A stretch of 64,000 nucleotides of DNA, taken from NCBI GenBank assembly GCA_965279515.1, contig CBDIID010000003.1, positions 3,712,001 to 3,776,000 on the forward strand. The letters run 5' to 3'. Origin of the DNA: Turneriella sp. Its GTDB lineage: Bacteria; Spirochaetota; Leptospiria; Turneriellales; Turneriellaceae. The translations under genes and the position numbers were made by a program. Numbering within the stretch: position 1 is the stretch's first letter; each line of letters starts with the position of its first letter. The notes beneath the pieces are model-generated. The model searched no databases. It was given only the letters and a program-made list of their open reading frames with translations, and was not told where the DNA came from. Shown here piece by piece: positions 31,678 to 42,761 of the stretch.

Positions 31678-31917
31678 ATGAGTATCAATGAATATGTGGT
31701 TATTGACCCTGATATCTGTAACGGCAAACCGACCGTAGCCGGTACTCGAATAACTGTCCAAACGGTTCTTGAATTCTTGGCCGTAGGGGAATCGATTGAG
31801 ACCATCGTAAAGAATTATCCTAGGCTTACGACCGTTAGTATTCAAGCATGTATCCAATTTGCCGCAGACATGGCGGGACACGAATACAGCATGCATAAAA
31901 TTGCACACGCTGGATGA
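31678..31917 (+). CDS. DUF433 antitoxin
   Basis: IDPDICNGKPTVAGTRI motif. Confidence 0.9.
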   Translation: MSINEYVVIDPDICNGKPTVAGTRITVQTVLEFLAVGESIETIVKNYPRLTTVSIQACIQFAADMAGHEYSMHKIAHAG

Positions 31918-32252
31918 AAATACTTATCGATGAAAATCTACCCGAAGACATTTCTTGCTGGAAGTCTGATGATTTTATCCATGCCAAGGCATTAGGTGCA
32001 AAAGTCAGCGATGGCGAAATTTGGAATTTTGCCCTTCAAAATAACCTGATAATAGTCAGTAAGGATACAGATTTCTCAAACCGAATCTTGGTCTCAAATC
32101 CACCGCCTCGCGTAATTCATATGCGGATTGGCAATATGCGTTTTCAAGTATTGGATGAATTTATTACACAAAATTGGAAAAAAATTCTGCAACTGTCTCA
32201 AAAACATAAACTCGTGAATGTCTACAGAGATTCGATAGAAGGTATCAACTGA
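31914..32252 (+). CDS. DUF5615 PIN-like toxin
   Basis: LIDENLP...SDGEIW...VSKDTDF, overlapping the antitoxin stop. Confidence 0.88.
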   Translation: MKILIDENLPEDISCWKSDDFIHAKALGAKVSDGEIWNFALQNNLIIVSKDTDFSNRILVSNPPPRVIHMRIGNMRFQVLDEFITQNWKKILQLSQKHKLVNVYRDSIEGIN

Positions 32253-32541
32253 CTTATTTGCCTTAGATGCGCCGCCATGGATGGCGGCGGAGCACTTAGT
32301 GCAACTATGTCAGAGAACGTGGATTTTACGCTGACGTTTTTTGACGCTTGTGTCATTTATTCAATCTGTAAAGCCGATTTGCGTCAAAAAATGTGGTCGT
32401 AGCGGCTCGCGGCGACGCGCGAAAACACACCTCCCGGTGTGCGCGTCGTCCGCGATCTTTGCCGCGGAGACCCGAGCACGCGACCCAACGAAGTGGTCGC
32501 GGCGCAGCGCGTAAAATTTGTTGGCTGAAGTGCCAGGTTCG

Positions 32542-33120
32542 TTAAGTGTATGGGAACATGAATGAAAGCTCATTCGATTCAATCAATTCTTTGACAATCT
32601 CTTCAATCTTAGCATTTTCAAGTTCAGAAAGCTCATTTTGAGGATCTGTTCGGTATAGATTCAAAATAAGGTTCCATATTTCATAAGTAAGAGAGACATA
32701 TCTTGCAACTTGGTCATGTGAAATTGCAGCAACTTCCGAATGGGTTTTACCGCCTCTCGTTATGCCGAAATGTCGGCATTGATTATATAGAGCTATCAAT
32801 TTGCCAAATTCATTAATCACCCGTTTTTTCTGATTCTTATCAATCGCAGGTATGCGCTGAAAAATGTCACTTAATAGCACATGTAATTCAGGCAAGCTTG
32901 ACGCTTCTTTAGAGTAATTCTGACCTAAAAGCTGACTTAGGCTTAAGCCCAAACAGGCAATTACGAAGACATAATATTCGAGTAACGCTGCTTTATCTCT
33001 ATGTCCTTTTCGGAATTCGATCTCTGCAGCCCCCCAGTATTTTATGGCTTGAACTAAAGAAAAAAGTTGAAGATTTGTTTTTCCATGACCAGAGGTCTCT
33101 CTGTGATAAAAGAAGCTCAT
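32542..33120 (-). CDS. Hypothetical helical protein, possibly HEPN-like
   Basis: LYNQCRHF resembles a degenerate RxxxxH motif. Confidence 0.55.
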   Translation of the reverse strand: MSFFYHRETSGHGKTNLQLFSLVQAIKYWGAAEIEFRKGHRDKAALLEYYVFVIACLGLSLSQLLGQNYSKEASSLPELHVLLSDIFQRIPAIDKNQKKRVINEFGKLIALYNQCRHFGITRGGKTHSEVAAISHDQVARYVSLTYEIWNLILNLYRTDPQNELSELENAKIEEIVKELIESNELSFMFPYT

Positions 33121-33503
33121 CTCTTTGATATAATCAGAACAACTTAATTCCCTGGCATTTCAGCCAACGTGGAAAATACCCGACGTTGATGGTGCGTCAC
33201 ACGGAAAATGCAGGCCTATTTGAAAAGCCGCATACTAAGCACCATCAATGTGCCCGGAGCGCCTCCCTGAGGAGCACCAAACAAACGTCCCGTTTGTGCG
33301 ACGAAGGGATCTTGGGCGCGCAGGGCCGAGCACGCGACCCAACGAAGTGGTCGCGCGCGGAGCGGGTATTTTTTGTTGTCTGAAGTGCCCAATTGGAATA
33401 TAGCCCGCCGAAGACATGGATGTCGGAGGCGCGGGTACTTAAAGGTGTATTTTGAATAGATACTTGACTAACTGACCGAATGGTACTATTTTGAGGCTAA
33501 CTT

Positions 33504-33731
33504 ATGGAAGTCGGCAGGATTACACTCGACCCCGAAATTTGCCACGGAAAACCCTGTGTAAGGGGTATGCGCTGGCCTGTCGAAGTCATATTAGATATGC
33601 TAAGTTCAGGTATGAGCCCAGAGGATATCGTTAAAGATCATTCAGAACTGGAGAAAGACGATATCATAGCCTGCCTCTCTTATGCAGGTTCAGTGGTAAG
33701 TAATTCACGAATGATCCCCGCGGCGTCGTGA
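33504..33731 (+). CDS. DUF433 antitoxin
   Basis: ITLDPEICHGKPCVRGMR. Confidence 0.9.
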   Translation: MEVGRITLDPEICHGKPCVRGMRWPVEVILDMLSSGMSPEDIVKDHSELEKDDIIACLSYAGSVVSNSRMIPAAS

Positions 33732-34093
33732 TTTTCCTACTCGATGTTCATTTACCCAGGCGCCTCGTCGCCTTCCTCCAAAGCAAAGGACACGAGGCCA
33801 TACATGTGTTAGATGTTTTGAGTGGTGGTCGAACGAAAGATACGGAAATTCGGCAACATGCAGATCATCATCAATATATTGTCATAACCAAAGATAAGGA
33901 TTTCGTAACTAGCCATACATTCCTGAAGTCGCCTAAAAAGCTCATTAAGATAAATCTTGGGAATTTAGGCAATGATGAATTATTAAGTATCTTTGAAAAG
34001 AACTGGAATACCATTTCTGCTCAAGCAAACTCTCCAGAATTCATGATTGAACTTGATAGAGTTGGCGTCGTTTTACACGAGCCGCGAAACTAG
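33728..34093 (+). CDS. DUF5615 PIN-like toxin
   Basis: FLLDVHLP...KDTEI...ITKDKDF. Confidence 0.88.
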   Translation: MIFLLDVHLPRRLVAFLQSKGHEAIHVLDVLSGGRTKDTEIRQHADHHQYIVITKDKDFVTSHTFLKSPKKLIKINLGNLGNDELLSIFEKNWNTISAQANSPEFMIELDRVGVVLHEPRN

Positions 34094-34365
34094 GAAATAC
34101 CCTTCTACCCAGAGCGCTCGCATGGAGGCGAGCGCCAATTTCTCTTGGGCATTTCAGACAACGCGGAAAATACCCGAATTGCGCCCTCGCGGGTGTAAAG
34201 TGTAAATAATCACGGCTTTATGCGACTTTCGCGGGAGCGCATTTGCCCGTAGCGCCTCGCGAGCCCGCCAATGCAGGCCCAGTGGCCTGCGGGCGTAGCG
34301 ATCTTCGGCGCGTAGGGCAGAGCACGCGACCCAACGTAGTGGTCGCGGCGCAGCGGGTATTTTTT

Positions 34366-34559
34366 GTTAGCCGCCGTTACCGGATTCGCGCGGCTGGCGA
34401 GCAACCCGAAGGTCAGCGATATGCTGTAGTTCGATATTATTAGTAACCGAGGAGTTGTCGCCAGGATCAAAGGCGTAAGCAGCGAAATCTGGCTGTACTC
34501 TCTGATAAAAAATCCTCTTTTTCTCCCCTTCGGGCGCGAAGGAGGTAATGGTGGCTAAC
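34366..34559. repeat. Gene-less cassette, copy 3
   Basis: Near-identical to 23531-23724. Confidence 0.85.
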
Positions 34560-34794
34560 GCGGAATTTACCCGACGTTGATGGTGCGCCACACAATAAAA
34601 CCGGGCTTATTTGAAAAGCCGCATACTAAGCACCATCAATGTGGTCGGAGCGGCTCGCGGCGGCGCGCAAAAGCAAGCGTCCCGCTTGCGCGCCGTCCGC
34701 GATCTTTGCCGCGCAGACCCGAGCACGCGAGGAGCTACGGCACCGCAGCGAGCGCAGCGGGTAAATTTTGTTGTCGGCCGTTTGGCATTGGCTG

Positions 34795-36576
34795 TCACCT
34801 TGGGTTAATTAACAGGTGTTGAACCGGCATAAGGCAAAGCCTAAGTGTCAACCACCAAGTAAAGAGACTTGCTGTTGAAAACATCTGCCAATCACTCAGC
34901 AGACCGTGAGCTAACATATTGCGGAGATTACTACCAACCTGCTCGGTGAGGAGACCCTGCATCGTAAATATGATATCTTCATCAAATATGGTGGCTAATT
35001 CAGGTTTATATAGTAATGTGTTGAGGTCATACTCTTTCTGTAGAGAAGTTGATGAAACGGAGGAAGGTATGTTCCCGGCCTGTTCATAAATTTGGCGAAC
35101 GCTATTCTCTAGTTGTGGTATCAGTAAATGTATGCTGGTCATATAATCCCCGTGTAGACCCGCGTTTAGCCCCTTCGCGTAAGCTAAGATTCGCGCCTCG
35201 GGCACAAACGGATTATCGTACAAGAATGGATAAAAATCTCGTTCGGTAAAGCTATGTTCCACATTCGTTTGGTATCTTGCCGGTTCTATGAGTCCCTGCG
35301 TCAGGAGCTGATGCTCCATAATCAAACTCTTAAACATCTCTGCTTTGATCGCTGTTTCCTTTTCTGTGACGTCATCTGTCATGATCGAAGGTTTTTTCGC
35401 GATGACTTTGCCATTTTCATTCAAGACCGCCGAGTTAAATAGGTGAAAGAGAATACTTTGAGACTTTTGGTCTTCAACACGCTTTCTAATGCTACTTACT
35501 TTAGGGATATCGGTTATGAACGCGACGAAAAATAGCACATCCTTTTTCTCTCGCCCACTAATGTGAGAAATTGTTGAGTCTACAAAGCGGGTCAGGTCAA
35601 CGCTAGAGGAGAATTTTCCGAATTCACTCGTCGATCGCTTTTGATACGTAAGGAGCAATGCGTGAACTCTGTCGATATCACTCTTGCGGGCTGGAATTTT
35701 TCTATAAGCGTCTATGGCTCGCAACAGGAAATCAGATGCGGCAAAATAGCTTGGCTTCGCCCGTTTAGTACATTCCTCTGCTTCTAATTCGTACCCCTGA
35801 GCGATGGCCTCGTATGCGTTATTCACCTCTATATCGTTGCCACTTTTCCGAAAGGCTTTAATGGCATGTTCCCAATAAATCCGGGCGGCGTACATATCCT
35901 TGGCGGCTTGGAAGCGTTGAGCGTGCGCCTTTGCCGAATTGGCTAATTGAACCTTGTCAGTTTGGCTCTGGGCGAATAGAATTTCGATAACAGCGGCGGA
36001 TAGAAAAAGCGGATCATTATTCTGATACTTGCTCAGGACGGATTGTGCATATTGAATGATTCTATCGGTGTACGTTAAATCTTTTCCTTTGTATTTTGAC
36101 AATTGCAGGGCACGGCGCAAATTATTGATATACTCCGGCCACTTATTCACATCCTCTATTGATTGGGCCAAGCCAAGATACGCATCTATTGCCTGACCCA
36201 AAAGCTGATGGCGACGACGACCCACCCAAAGCAGATCACACATCCGGGCTACAATAGCCGGGTCCTCGACTTTCTGAGCAATAATCTCAAAATTCGCATA
36301 ATGATTATCATTGAAATCTTCCAAGGCCGCCGTTCTACCATGGACAAACTGAGCAAGCGGAGCAAAGATTTCCGGCTTGTCGCTGTTCATAGAAAGCGAG
36401 CAGGCAGCAGAGAGTAATAACCAAGCCCCTGCCGAAGCGGGATCCTCATTCGATTTATTGCGGAAAAGTGTGCTCAAATCCTGGGCGCTTCTATGGTTTG
36501 TGGTTTTGAGTAGATCATCAATATTTAGTTTTTCAATATCTGCCTCTGAAAATTTCTGTATCTCGCTCAGTTCCAT
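34795..36576 (-). CDS. DUF4209-like protein with C-terminal HEPN motif
   Basis: RBS AGAGGA. C-terminal HLLIPQLENSVR...GSNLRNMLAHGL (R-N-x3-H). Confidence 0.75.
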   Translation of the reverse strand: MELSEIQKFSEADIEKLNIDDLLKTTNHRSAQDLSTLFRNKSNEDPASAGAWLLLSAACSLSMNSDKPEIFAPLAQFVHGRTAALEDFNDNHYANFEIIAQKVEDPAIVARMCDLLWVGRRRHQLLGQAIDAYLGLAQSIEDVNKWPEYINNLRRALQLSKYKGKDLTYTDRIIQYAQSVLSKYQNNDPLFLSAAVIEILFAQSQTDKVQLANSAKAHAQRFQAAKDMYAARIYWEHAIKAFRKSGNDIEVNNAYEAIAQGYELEAEECTKRAKPSYFAASDFLLRAIDAYRKIPARKSDIDRVHALLLTYQKRSTSEFGKFSSSVDLTRFVDSTISHISGREKKDVLFFVAFITDIPKVSSIRKRVEDQKSQSILFHLFNSAVLNENGKVIAKKPSIMTDDVTEKETAIKAEMFKSLIMEHQLLTQGLIEPARYQTNVEHSFTERDFYPFLYDNPFVPEARILAYAKGLNAGLHGDYMTSIHLLIPQLENSVRQIYEQAGNIPSSVSSTSLQKEYDLNTLLYKPELATIFDEDIIFTMQGLLTEQVGSNLRNMLAHGLLSDWQMFSTASLFTWWLTLRLCLMPVQHLLINPR

Positions 36577-36938
36577 AATACCTCTTGCCAAATGGCCGAC
36601 AACGTGGAAAATACCCGAATTGCGCCCTCGCGGGTGTAAAGTGCAAATAAACACGGTTTATGTGACTTTCGCGGGAGCGCATTTGCCCGTAGCGATCTTC
36701 GGCGCGTAGGGCCGAGCACGCGACCCAACGTAGTGGTCGCGGCGCAGCGGGTATTTTTTGTTAGCCGCCGTTGCCGGATTCGCGCGGCTGGCGAGCAACC
36801 CGAAGGTCAGCGATATGCTGTAGTTCGATATTATTAGTAACCGAGGAGTTGTCGCCAGGATCAAAGGCGTAAGCAGCAAGAGCCGGCTGTACTCTCTGAC
36901 AACAAATCCTCTTCTTCTCCCCTTCGGGCGCGAAGGAG

Positions 36939-38273
36939 GGTACAATATCAGAACATCGGTAACGAAAAGTCATCACGACATCGGTAACAGTTCTGCCTCA
37001 GGCTTTGCCGTGGTTTCCTCCTGATTTGGTGTAAACAAATAATTGTTCCGATCGATGTAGCCCAATAGCAGGCTACCGAAGTAGACGTCGATGCGCATGT
37101 CGGCGATAAACCGGAGCCCGATCGGGTAGCCGTTAAAAGAATTGCCGATAAATATCCGGTGCTGCTTGTAGTTGGTGTAACCGCGGTCATTTACGATGCG
37201 TACGATGCAATCCTCAGGGTAGGCGGGTAGTACGTCGCCAGTATACGGAATTTCAGATGGTAGGTAGAACTCTGATGGCGTCCTCATGCCCAGGGCTTCA
37301 TGCGGTCGCACATTGTTGAAGTCTTCGCGCCACTGATCAAACGAAATCTGGTGAAGCTTTAGATCACCGCGAATGCGCCCCTGCAGTTCCGTGCGGATGT
37401 CTCTGTGCATACGCTCATGGCCACCATTCTGGGCTGGCTTTCCCGGATCAATGCGGTCCAGAGAAATTCCCAAGGACAGCCACCAGACTGACAATTTTGT
37501 CAGGCCAAAGAGTCCCCACGATGATGCGAAAGGAGTTCCGTTGTCAGAGCGAATAATTTCCGGCAGACCATAGCGTTTGAAGAGTCTGGCAAAGTGTTGT
37601 TTTACATTGGAAATATTGCCCTTTTCCAGTATCTGTATCGACAGGATGTACTTACTGTACTCATCGCGAACTGTCAGAGGTTCGCATTTCTCTGCATGTG
37701 CAGTATACCACCACCCCTTGAAATCAACCGTCCATATGTGATTGGGATGCGTCGCCTTTTCGCGAAGCATCAGCCTCTCTCCGGTTCTGCGGCGCTTCTT
37801 TCCTCTTGGCCTTGTCAGACCAGAGCGCGCCAGAAGGCGATCGACTGTAGGCACTGAAATATCGCCTTTGCGCTCGGGGTAAAGCCTGCAGAAGACCGCA
37901 TAGATCTTCTTGGCTCCCCAGCGAGGCCTGTTATTCTTTATGCGAATAATGTCGCAGATTGTCTCTTCATCAGTGCGGTTCGGATTGCCTCCTGGTTTTC
38001 GTGACAACTCCGCCAATCCAGCTAAGCCTTTTTCCAGAAACCTTGCCTTCCACTTGTACCCTGTCTTGGTGCTGATGCCAAACTCGCGGCACAGCTCTGT
38101 GAAACTCTCTACGCCCTCCAGGGCGCGAAAGACAAAAGATCTTTTCTCTTCCATTTTGGTAACCTCTTTCCACGGCATTTGAGCCCCCTGCCGAAGGCAG
38201 GCAAAAGCTCTTTGCGAAGCAAAGTGTTACCGATGTCTTGATAGAAATGTGTTACCTATGTCGTGATAGTACC
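36939..38273 (-). mobile_element. IS481-family element, copy 2 (1335 bp)
   Basis: Near-identical to copy 1, duplicated target GAG. Confidence 0.92.
36973..38178 (-). CDS. IS481-family DDE transposase
   Basis: Protein identical to 28537-29742. Confidence 0.93.
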   Translation of the reverse strand: MPWKEVTKMEEKRSFVFRALEGVESFTELCREFGISTKTGYKWKARFLEKGLAGLAELSRKPGGNPNRTDEETICDIIRIKNNRPRWGAKKIYAVFCRLYPERKGDISVPTVDRLLARSGLTRPRGKKRRRTGERLMLREKATHPNHIWTVDFKGWWYTAHAEKCEPLTVRDEYSKYILSIQILEKGNISNVKQHFARLFKRYGLPEIIRSDNGTPFASSWGLFGLTKLSVWWLSLGISLDRIDPGKPAQNGGHERMHRDIRTELQGRIRGDLKLHQISFDQWREDFNNVRPHEALGMRTPSEFYLPSEIPYTGDVLPAYPEDCIVRIVNDRGYTNYKQHRIFIGNSFNGYPIGLRFIADMRIDVYFGSLLLGYIDRNNYLFTPNQEETTAKPEAELLPMS

Positions 38274-38656
38274 GAGGTAATGGTGGCTAACGTGGAATTT
38301 ACAAGACGTTGATGGTGCGCCACACAATAATTGCAGGCTTATTTGGAAAGCCGCGTATCAAGCACCATCAATGTGTCGTAGGCGGCTGCGTTGCGCCTGA
38401 CCAAACAAACGCCCCGTTTGTCAGGCGTCAACGCATTTCAGGCCGCCGGAGACCGAGCACGCGAGGAGCTACGGCACCGCAGCGAGCGCAGCTTGTAAAT
38501 TTTGTTGTCTGAAGTAATTGCGCCTGTGAGCCCGGCTAGGAGGGCCGGGCGAACCCTTAGTGCGACTGCTCATAACTGGTCATTTTGTCACTTCCAGAAA
38601 CAGGTTTTACACCTGAGAGATTCGGGGTATCTTAGGTCTTAATGGGGAGCAAGTTC

Positions 38657-39841
38657 TTATATGCTCAAGCCAATTCTCTTGAATAGACTTTCTAATCTTT
38701 CTTCCGCCCATATTTTTAATTCGGGTTCAGTCTCAAAATATCTCTGATACGAATCATGAAATCCGGGAGCCAAATTTTTAATAAATCTCAGAAAATCTTC
38801 TCGAGTCCATTTTTCATGGGGCTTTCGAACAGCCTTGGATATTCGCACTCCATTTAAATCTGCGATGACTCGGGAAATATGCCGGGTAAGTTTGCCGTTA
38901 ACCATACTAACATTTCCAATAAAATCAATGTTTAATGTCGTCACCACACGCCCCTGAGAAAGGAGATATCCACTCAAATAACCAGCAATAGATCTTCGCC
39001 GGCGCCATTCACGACTTTCAAAATCCTGATACTCATCTTGCGCAGTAAGCCGACTGTTCCTGTTTTTGGCTCGTATTTCAAAAATGCGATTACAGCGATT
39101 CTGCCGCAGCATTTTATGAATTTCCGCAGAAGGGCGCTCGTCAGGAAAACCGGAGGCCATCACTGGCAATGCATAAGATCGAGCAAGGAGGAGATAAGAG
39201 ATGTTATCCGCTTCAAAATCCGAAGAATATGTAGCTTGGCCGGAAAAATCATGGTAATTAGCCGAGGTAATTTTTTGGAACTGGGTATGAACGAAGTTAT
39301 GCCAGAAATTCCTAAGCAAGTAGTTTGTTGTCCAATTTTTAAATGCAGCGCGATTGATTGCTGCAACCCCAAGTTTGGCGACAGGTTCGTCTGGAATCAC
39401 TTGGCCATAATAGAGAAAACGAAAAAAGGTTTCAGAAAGAGAATTTTCGATTCTCCGAATTTTATTCCGCAACGGAAAATCAAAAGATCCATAAAAAAAT
39501 CGATCAGCCATCTCGTTTATCCTTAACGTCGGATCGGACTGGATAAGGTTTACAACACAGTATTTATCCCATACATTATTCTCTTGAAAGAAAAGATCAA
39601 TATCCGCGTCAGATTTTGAGAGTAGATTCCTACCGAAGAATTCTGAAATTGAGTTGTTTTCATTCAGAGTAATACTCATCCTCTGCAAAGCCGATAAATA
39701 TGCGTTAACCAGATCCACTGGCCTTAAAATGATATCTTTGCCCAGGGCATCAACTTTGATTTGCTTAACCGTACTTTTAAAATTTATGTCTTGGGCCCAT
39801 CTCTCTAATGCCGCCCGAACCTCGTTAAATGAGCCGTCCAT
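38657..39841 (-). CDS. Hypothetical cassette protein (394 aa)
   Basis: Long ORF with RBS GGAGG; no family recognised. Confidence 0.75.
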   Translation of the reverse strand: MDGSFNEVRAALERWAQDINFKSTVKQIKVDALGKDIILRPVDLVNAYLSALQRMSITLNENNSISEFFGRNLLSKSDADIDLFFQENNVWDKYCVVNLIQSDPTLRINEMADRFFYGSFDFPLRNKIRRIENSLSETFFRFLYYGQVIPDEPVAKLGVAAINRAAFKNWTTNYLLRNFWHNFVHTQFQKITSANYHDFSGQATYSSDFEADNISYLLLARSYALPVMASGFPDERPSAEIHKMLRQNRCNRIFEIRAKNRNSRLTAQDEYQDFESREWRRRRSIAGYLSGYLLSQGRVVTTLNIDFIGNVSMVNGKLTRHISRVIADLNGVRISKAVRKPHEKWTREDFLRFIKNLAPGFHDSYQRYFETEPELKIWAEERLESLFKRIGLSI

Positions 39842-40334
39842 CGCACCCTCCGTTCACAGACCATTTATTGACAAACTGTATGCATAATTGCAAATCCGCT
39901 GTCCAGAAAAACACAACCGGCAACTCCTCTGCTGATGCTGCGAGGTCTCACCTCCGGCCTCTATAAATGATGAAAATGCACTTAACGCGAGAAAGCTAGA
40001 AAACAGCCTTAACGAGTCAAATATAGCCCTTTAAGCACTAACTACCCATAACTGATTCTTAGGGCGCAACAGATGTGCCGCGCCGACACGAGGTCGGCGA
40101 AGAAGAGAGGCGCAATTATTTCAGACAACGTGGAAAATACCCGAATTGCGCCCCCGCGGGTGTAAAGTGTAAATAATCACGGCTTTATGTGACTTTCGCG
40201 GGAGCGCATTTGCCCGAAGCGCCTCGCGGCAAAGCACAGAACAAGCGTCCCGCTTGTGCTTTGTCCGCGATCTTTGGCGCGCAGGGCCGAGCACGCGAGC
40301 CAACGAAGTGCTCGCGGCGCAGCGGGTATTTTTT

Positions 40335-40529
40335 GTTAGCCGCCGTTACCGGATTCGCGCGGCTGGCGAGCAACCCGAAGGTCAGCGAGATACTGTAGTT
40401 CGATATTATTAGTAACCGAGGAGTTGTCGCCAGGATCAAAGGCGTAAGCAGCGAAATCTGGTTGTACTCTCTGATAACAAATCCTCTTTTTCTCCCCTTC
40501 GGGGCGCGAAGGAGGTAATGGTGGCTAAC
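40335..40529. repeat. Gene-less cassette, copy 5
   Basis: Near-identical to 23531-23724 with a 1-nt insertion. Confidence 0.85.
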
Positions 40530-40769
40530 GTGGATTTTACGCTGACGTTTTTTGACGCTTGTGTCATTTATTCAATTTGTAAAGCCGATTTGCGTCAAAA
40601 AATGTGGTCGTAGCGGCTCGCAGTGGCGCGCAAAAGCAAGCGTCCCGCTTGCGCGACATCTGCGATCTTTGCCGCGGAGACCCGAGCACGCGAGGAGCTA
40701 CGGCACCGCAGCGGCGCAGCGCGTAAAATTTGTTGGGTGCCGTACACGACTCTAAAGCCATCGGCTTCT

Positions 40770-41336
40770 CTAAACGCCCCCCAGATCCATTAGTATAGAG
40801 TCTGTCAAGCAAGTCCAAGTTGCCTGCTTCTTTTGATTACCAGCCTCAGATGAAAGGTTTTCGATAATTTGTGCCTTTTCTTTTGGAGTAAGTTTCTTAT
40901 CTCTCAGAATTAGCTCTATTGCTGCTTCCACTTTTGGAGGTAAACTGGGTTCGTTTCTCGGGGCCCCGTTCTTAGCCTCAGATTTTATTGGCTCCGGGAA
41001 TTTTTTAGAATCTGCTGATCCATTCAGTGAAAACAGAATTTCTAATTCTGTTTTATCAAACCAAACTAAATTACAAGGGCAACAGACGTCTATTTGGAGA
41101 TTTAGGCTGTCATTATAAACCCGGCGTTTGTCCATTGCTGTTTTGCATTTCGGGCATAAAATTGATCTCTCTGGGATAAGAGCCGTGTCAGTTATGGAAA
41201 AGGCTATGGAACCACTTTGGGCTAAAAGTCTTTGCAATGAGCCTATATGGCCAGCACAAGTGAAGCAGGCTAAAGCCGTGCCATAAGGTGTCTTAATGGC
41301 TGCTAATTCGGTATGATCGCATGACGGACAATTCAT
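40770..41336 (-). CDS. Zinc-ribbon (zf-TFIIB-like) protein
   Basis: CPSC, CFTC, CPKC and IDVCCPCNLVWFD..EL motifs. Confidence 0.75.
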   Translation of the reverse strand: MNCPSCDHTELAAIKTPYGTALACFTCAGHIGSLQRLLAQSGSIAFSITDTALIPERSILCPKCKTAMDKRRVYNDSLNLQIDVCCPCNLVWFDKTELEILFSLNGSADSKKFPEPIKSEAKNGAPRNEPSLPPKVEAAIELILRDKKLTPKEKAQIIENLSSEAGNQKKQATWTCLTDSILMDLGGV

Positions 41337-41610
41337 ATTCGTGTATGGCACCCAACGTGGAATTTACCCGAGGTAAAATGACGCTTCGTTCAACTTTGAA
41401 TCTGTAAAGCCATATTGCGTCATTTTATCTGCCGAAGGTCGCCTCGTTGCGTCCGACCAAACAAACGTCCCGTTTGTCGGGCGTCAACGACTCTTGGCGA
41501 CCGAGGCCGAGCACACGACCCAGCGAAGCGGTCGTGCGCGCAGCGGGTAAATTTTGTTGTCTGAAGTTTGCGCTACGAAACCGCCGAGCCAAGGAGGGCG
41601 AGGCGGAGCA

Positions 41611-42075
41611 TCATTTTACATCTTTCAGCTCAGAGATCATATCTCTAACAAGATCAGCGCAAGTTCCCTCAAATTCGAGAATAGGCGTGGGCTGAACCTT
41701 CATCGTTTCATCATAAGCACGAACCCTGTAGGTTGTGCAACTATCGTCGCACTTGAAAGTTGAAAAAATTGGTACGGGGCTAATTGCATAAGTATTAATT
41801 GTGCCATCGGTTAACCGGAAAGATAGTACGTATGTTGGACTCGCCAATTCTGGACCTCTCCGCCAAAAAATGTCCGAAAAACATTTAAGCGTATTTGTGT
41901 AACTTACAACCTTTGTGGATATGTTGATTTTAATGGGATTTGTCTCAGAAACGGATGAAATGGTTACGCTTTCAACTATCTGATTTCGCTTAATGCCAGG
42001 ACCGCGCACGTAAGCTGGAGTGCACGCCGTCATCGTCAATATGATCCCCAATCCAATCACTCTTATGCGAAGCAT
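41611..42075 (-). CDS. Putative lipoprotein
   Basis: Hydrophobic stretch ending MTAC. Start uncertain. Confidence 0.55.
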   Translation of the reverse strand: MLRIRVIGLGIILTMTACTPAYVRGPGIKRNQIVESVTISSVSETNPIKINISTKVVSYTNTLKCFSDIFWRRGPELASPTYVLSFRLTDGTINTYAISPVPIFSTFKCDDSCTTYRVRAYDETMKVQPTPILEFEGTCADLVRDMISELKDVK

Positions 42076-42466
42076 GTAATTTCGTATCCATAACGCTCTC
42101 ATATCTGCTGTCAACTCCGATGTTGCGAGTTCGGGCATGGATGCCCGAAAGTCTGAGCTGACTTGCGCAAATTTCAGACAACGTGGAAAATACCCGAATT
42201 GCGCCCGCGCGGGTGTAAAGTGTAAATAATCACCGCCTTATGCGACTTTCGTGGGAGCGCATTTGCCCGGAGCGCCTCGCGAGCCTGCCAAAACACACCT
42301 CCCGGTGTGGCAGGCGAAGCGATCCTTGGCGCGTAGGGCCGAGGACGCGACCCAACGTAGTGGTCGCGCCCGCAGCGGGTATTTTTTGTTGTGCGATGAA
42401 TCTGCAAGGCATTACAAATGCCCCCGGCCAAGCATGGAGGCTTGGCCGGAGATTACTACAAATATT

Positions 42467-42495
42467 TGACCTTGTGTTTCAATTGATATACATTG
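42467..42495 (+). promoter_or_regulatory. Sigma70-type promoter of the DinJ-YafQ cassette
   Basis: TTGACC-17 bp-TACATT, 5 nt before the ATG (probably a near-leaderless mRNA). Confidence 0.65.
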
Positions 42496-42500
42496 TCTCC

Positions 42501-42761
42501 ATGGCCAAAGACGCAATTATAAATGCCCGGGTTGAAAGCCGACTTAAGACTAAAGTCGATCAGATTTTCAATGTTCTGGGATTGTCTCAAACCGAAGCCA
42601 TAACCCTTTTTTACAAACAAGTTGAGCTTAACCAAGGGTTACCCTTTGACGTCAAAGTACCCAATAAGCTCACTAGGAAAACTCTGAAGGATTCGAGAAT
42701 CGGGAAGAATATCAAGAAGTTTAAGTCAAAAGCCGACCTATACGCTGACCTGGGTATTTAA
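42501..42761 (+). CDS. dinJ: RelB/DinJ-family antitoxin
   Basis: INARVESRLK...LGLSQTEAI.LFYKQV...GLPFDV. Confidence 0.88.
   Translation: MAKDAIINARVESRLKTKVDQIFNVLGLSQTEAITLFYKQVELNQGLPFDVKVPNKLTRKTLKDSRIGKNIKKFKSKADLYADLGI

Larger units (their letters stand above)
36760..38291. repeat. Gene-less cassette, copy 4, interrupted by IS481
   Basis: Cassette sequence runs 36760-36938 and resumes at 38274-38291. Confidence 0.85.

Noticed and set aside
42240..42500. N-terminal extension of DinJ in the ORF track (similarly 36577-36654, 63803-63841, 8420-8812)
   Set aside because: The extensions run through attC repeats or the upstream gene. Downstream starts with promoter or RBS support fit the family sizes.
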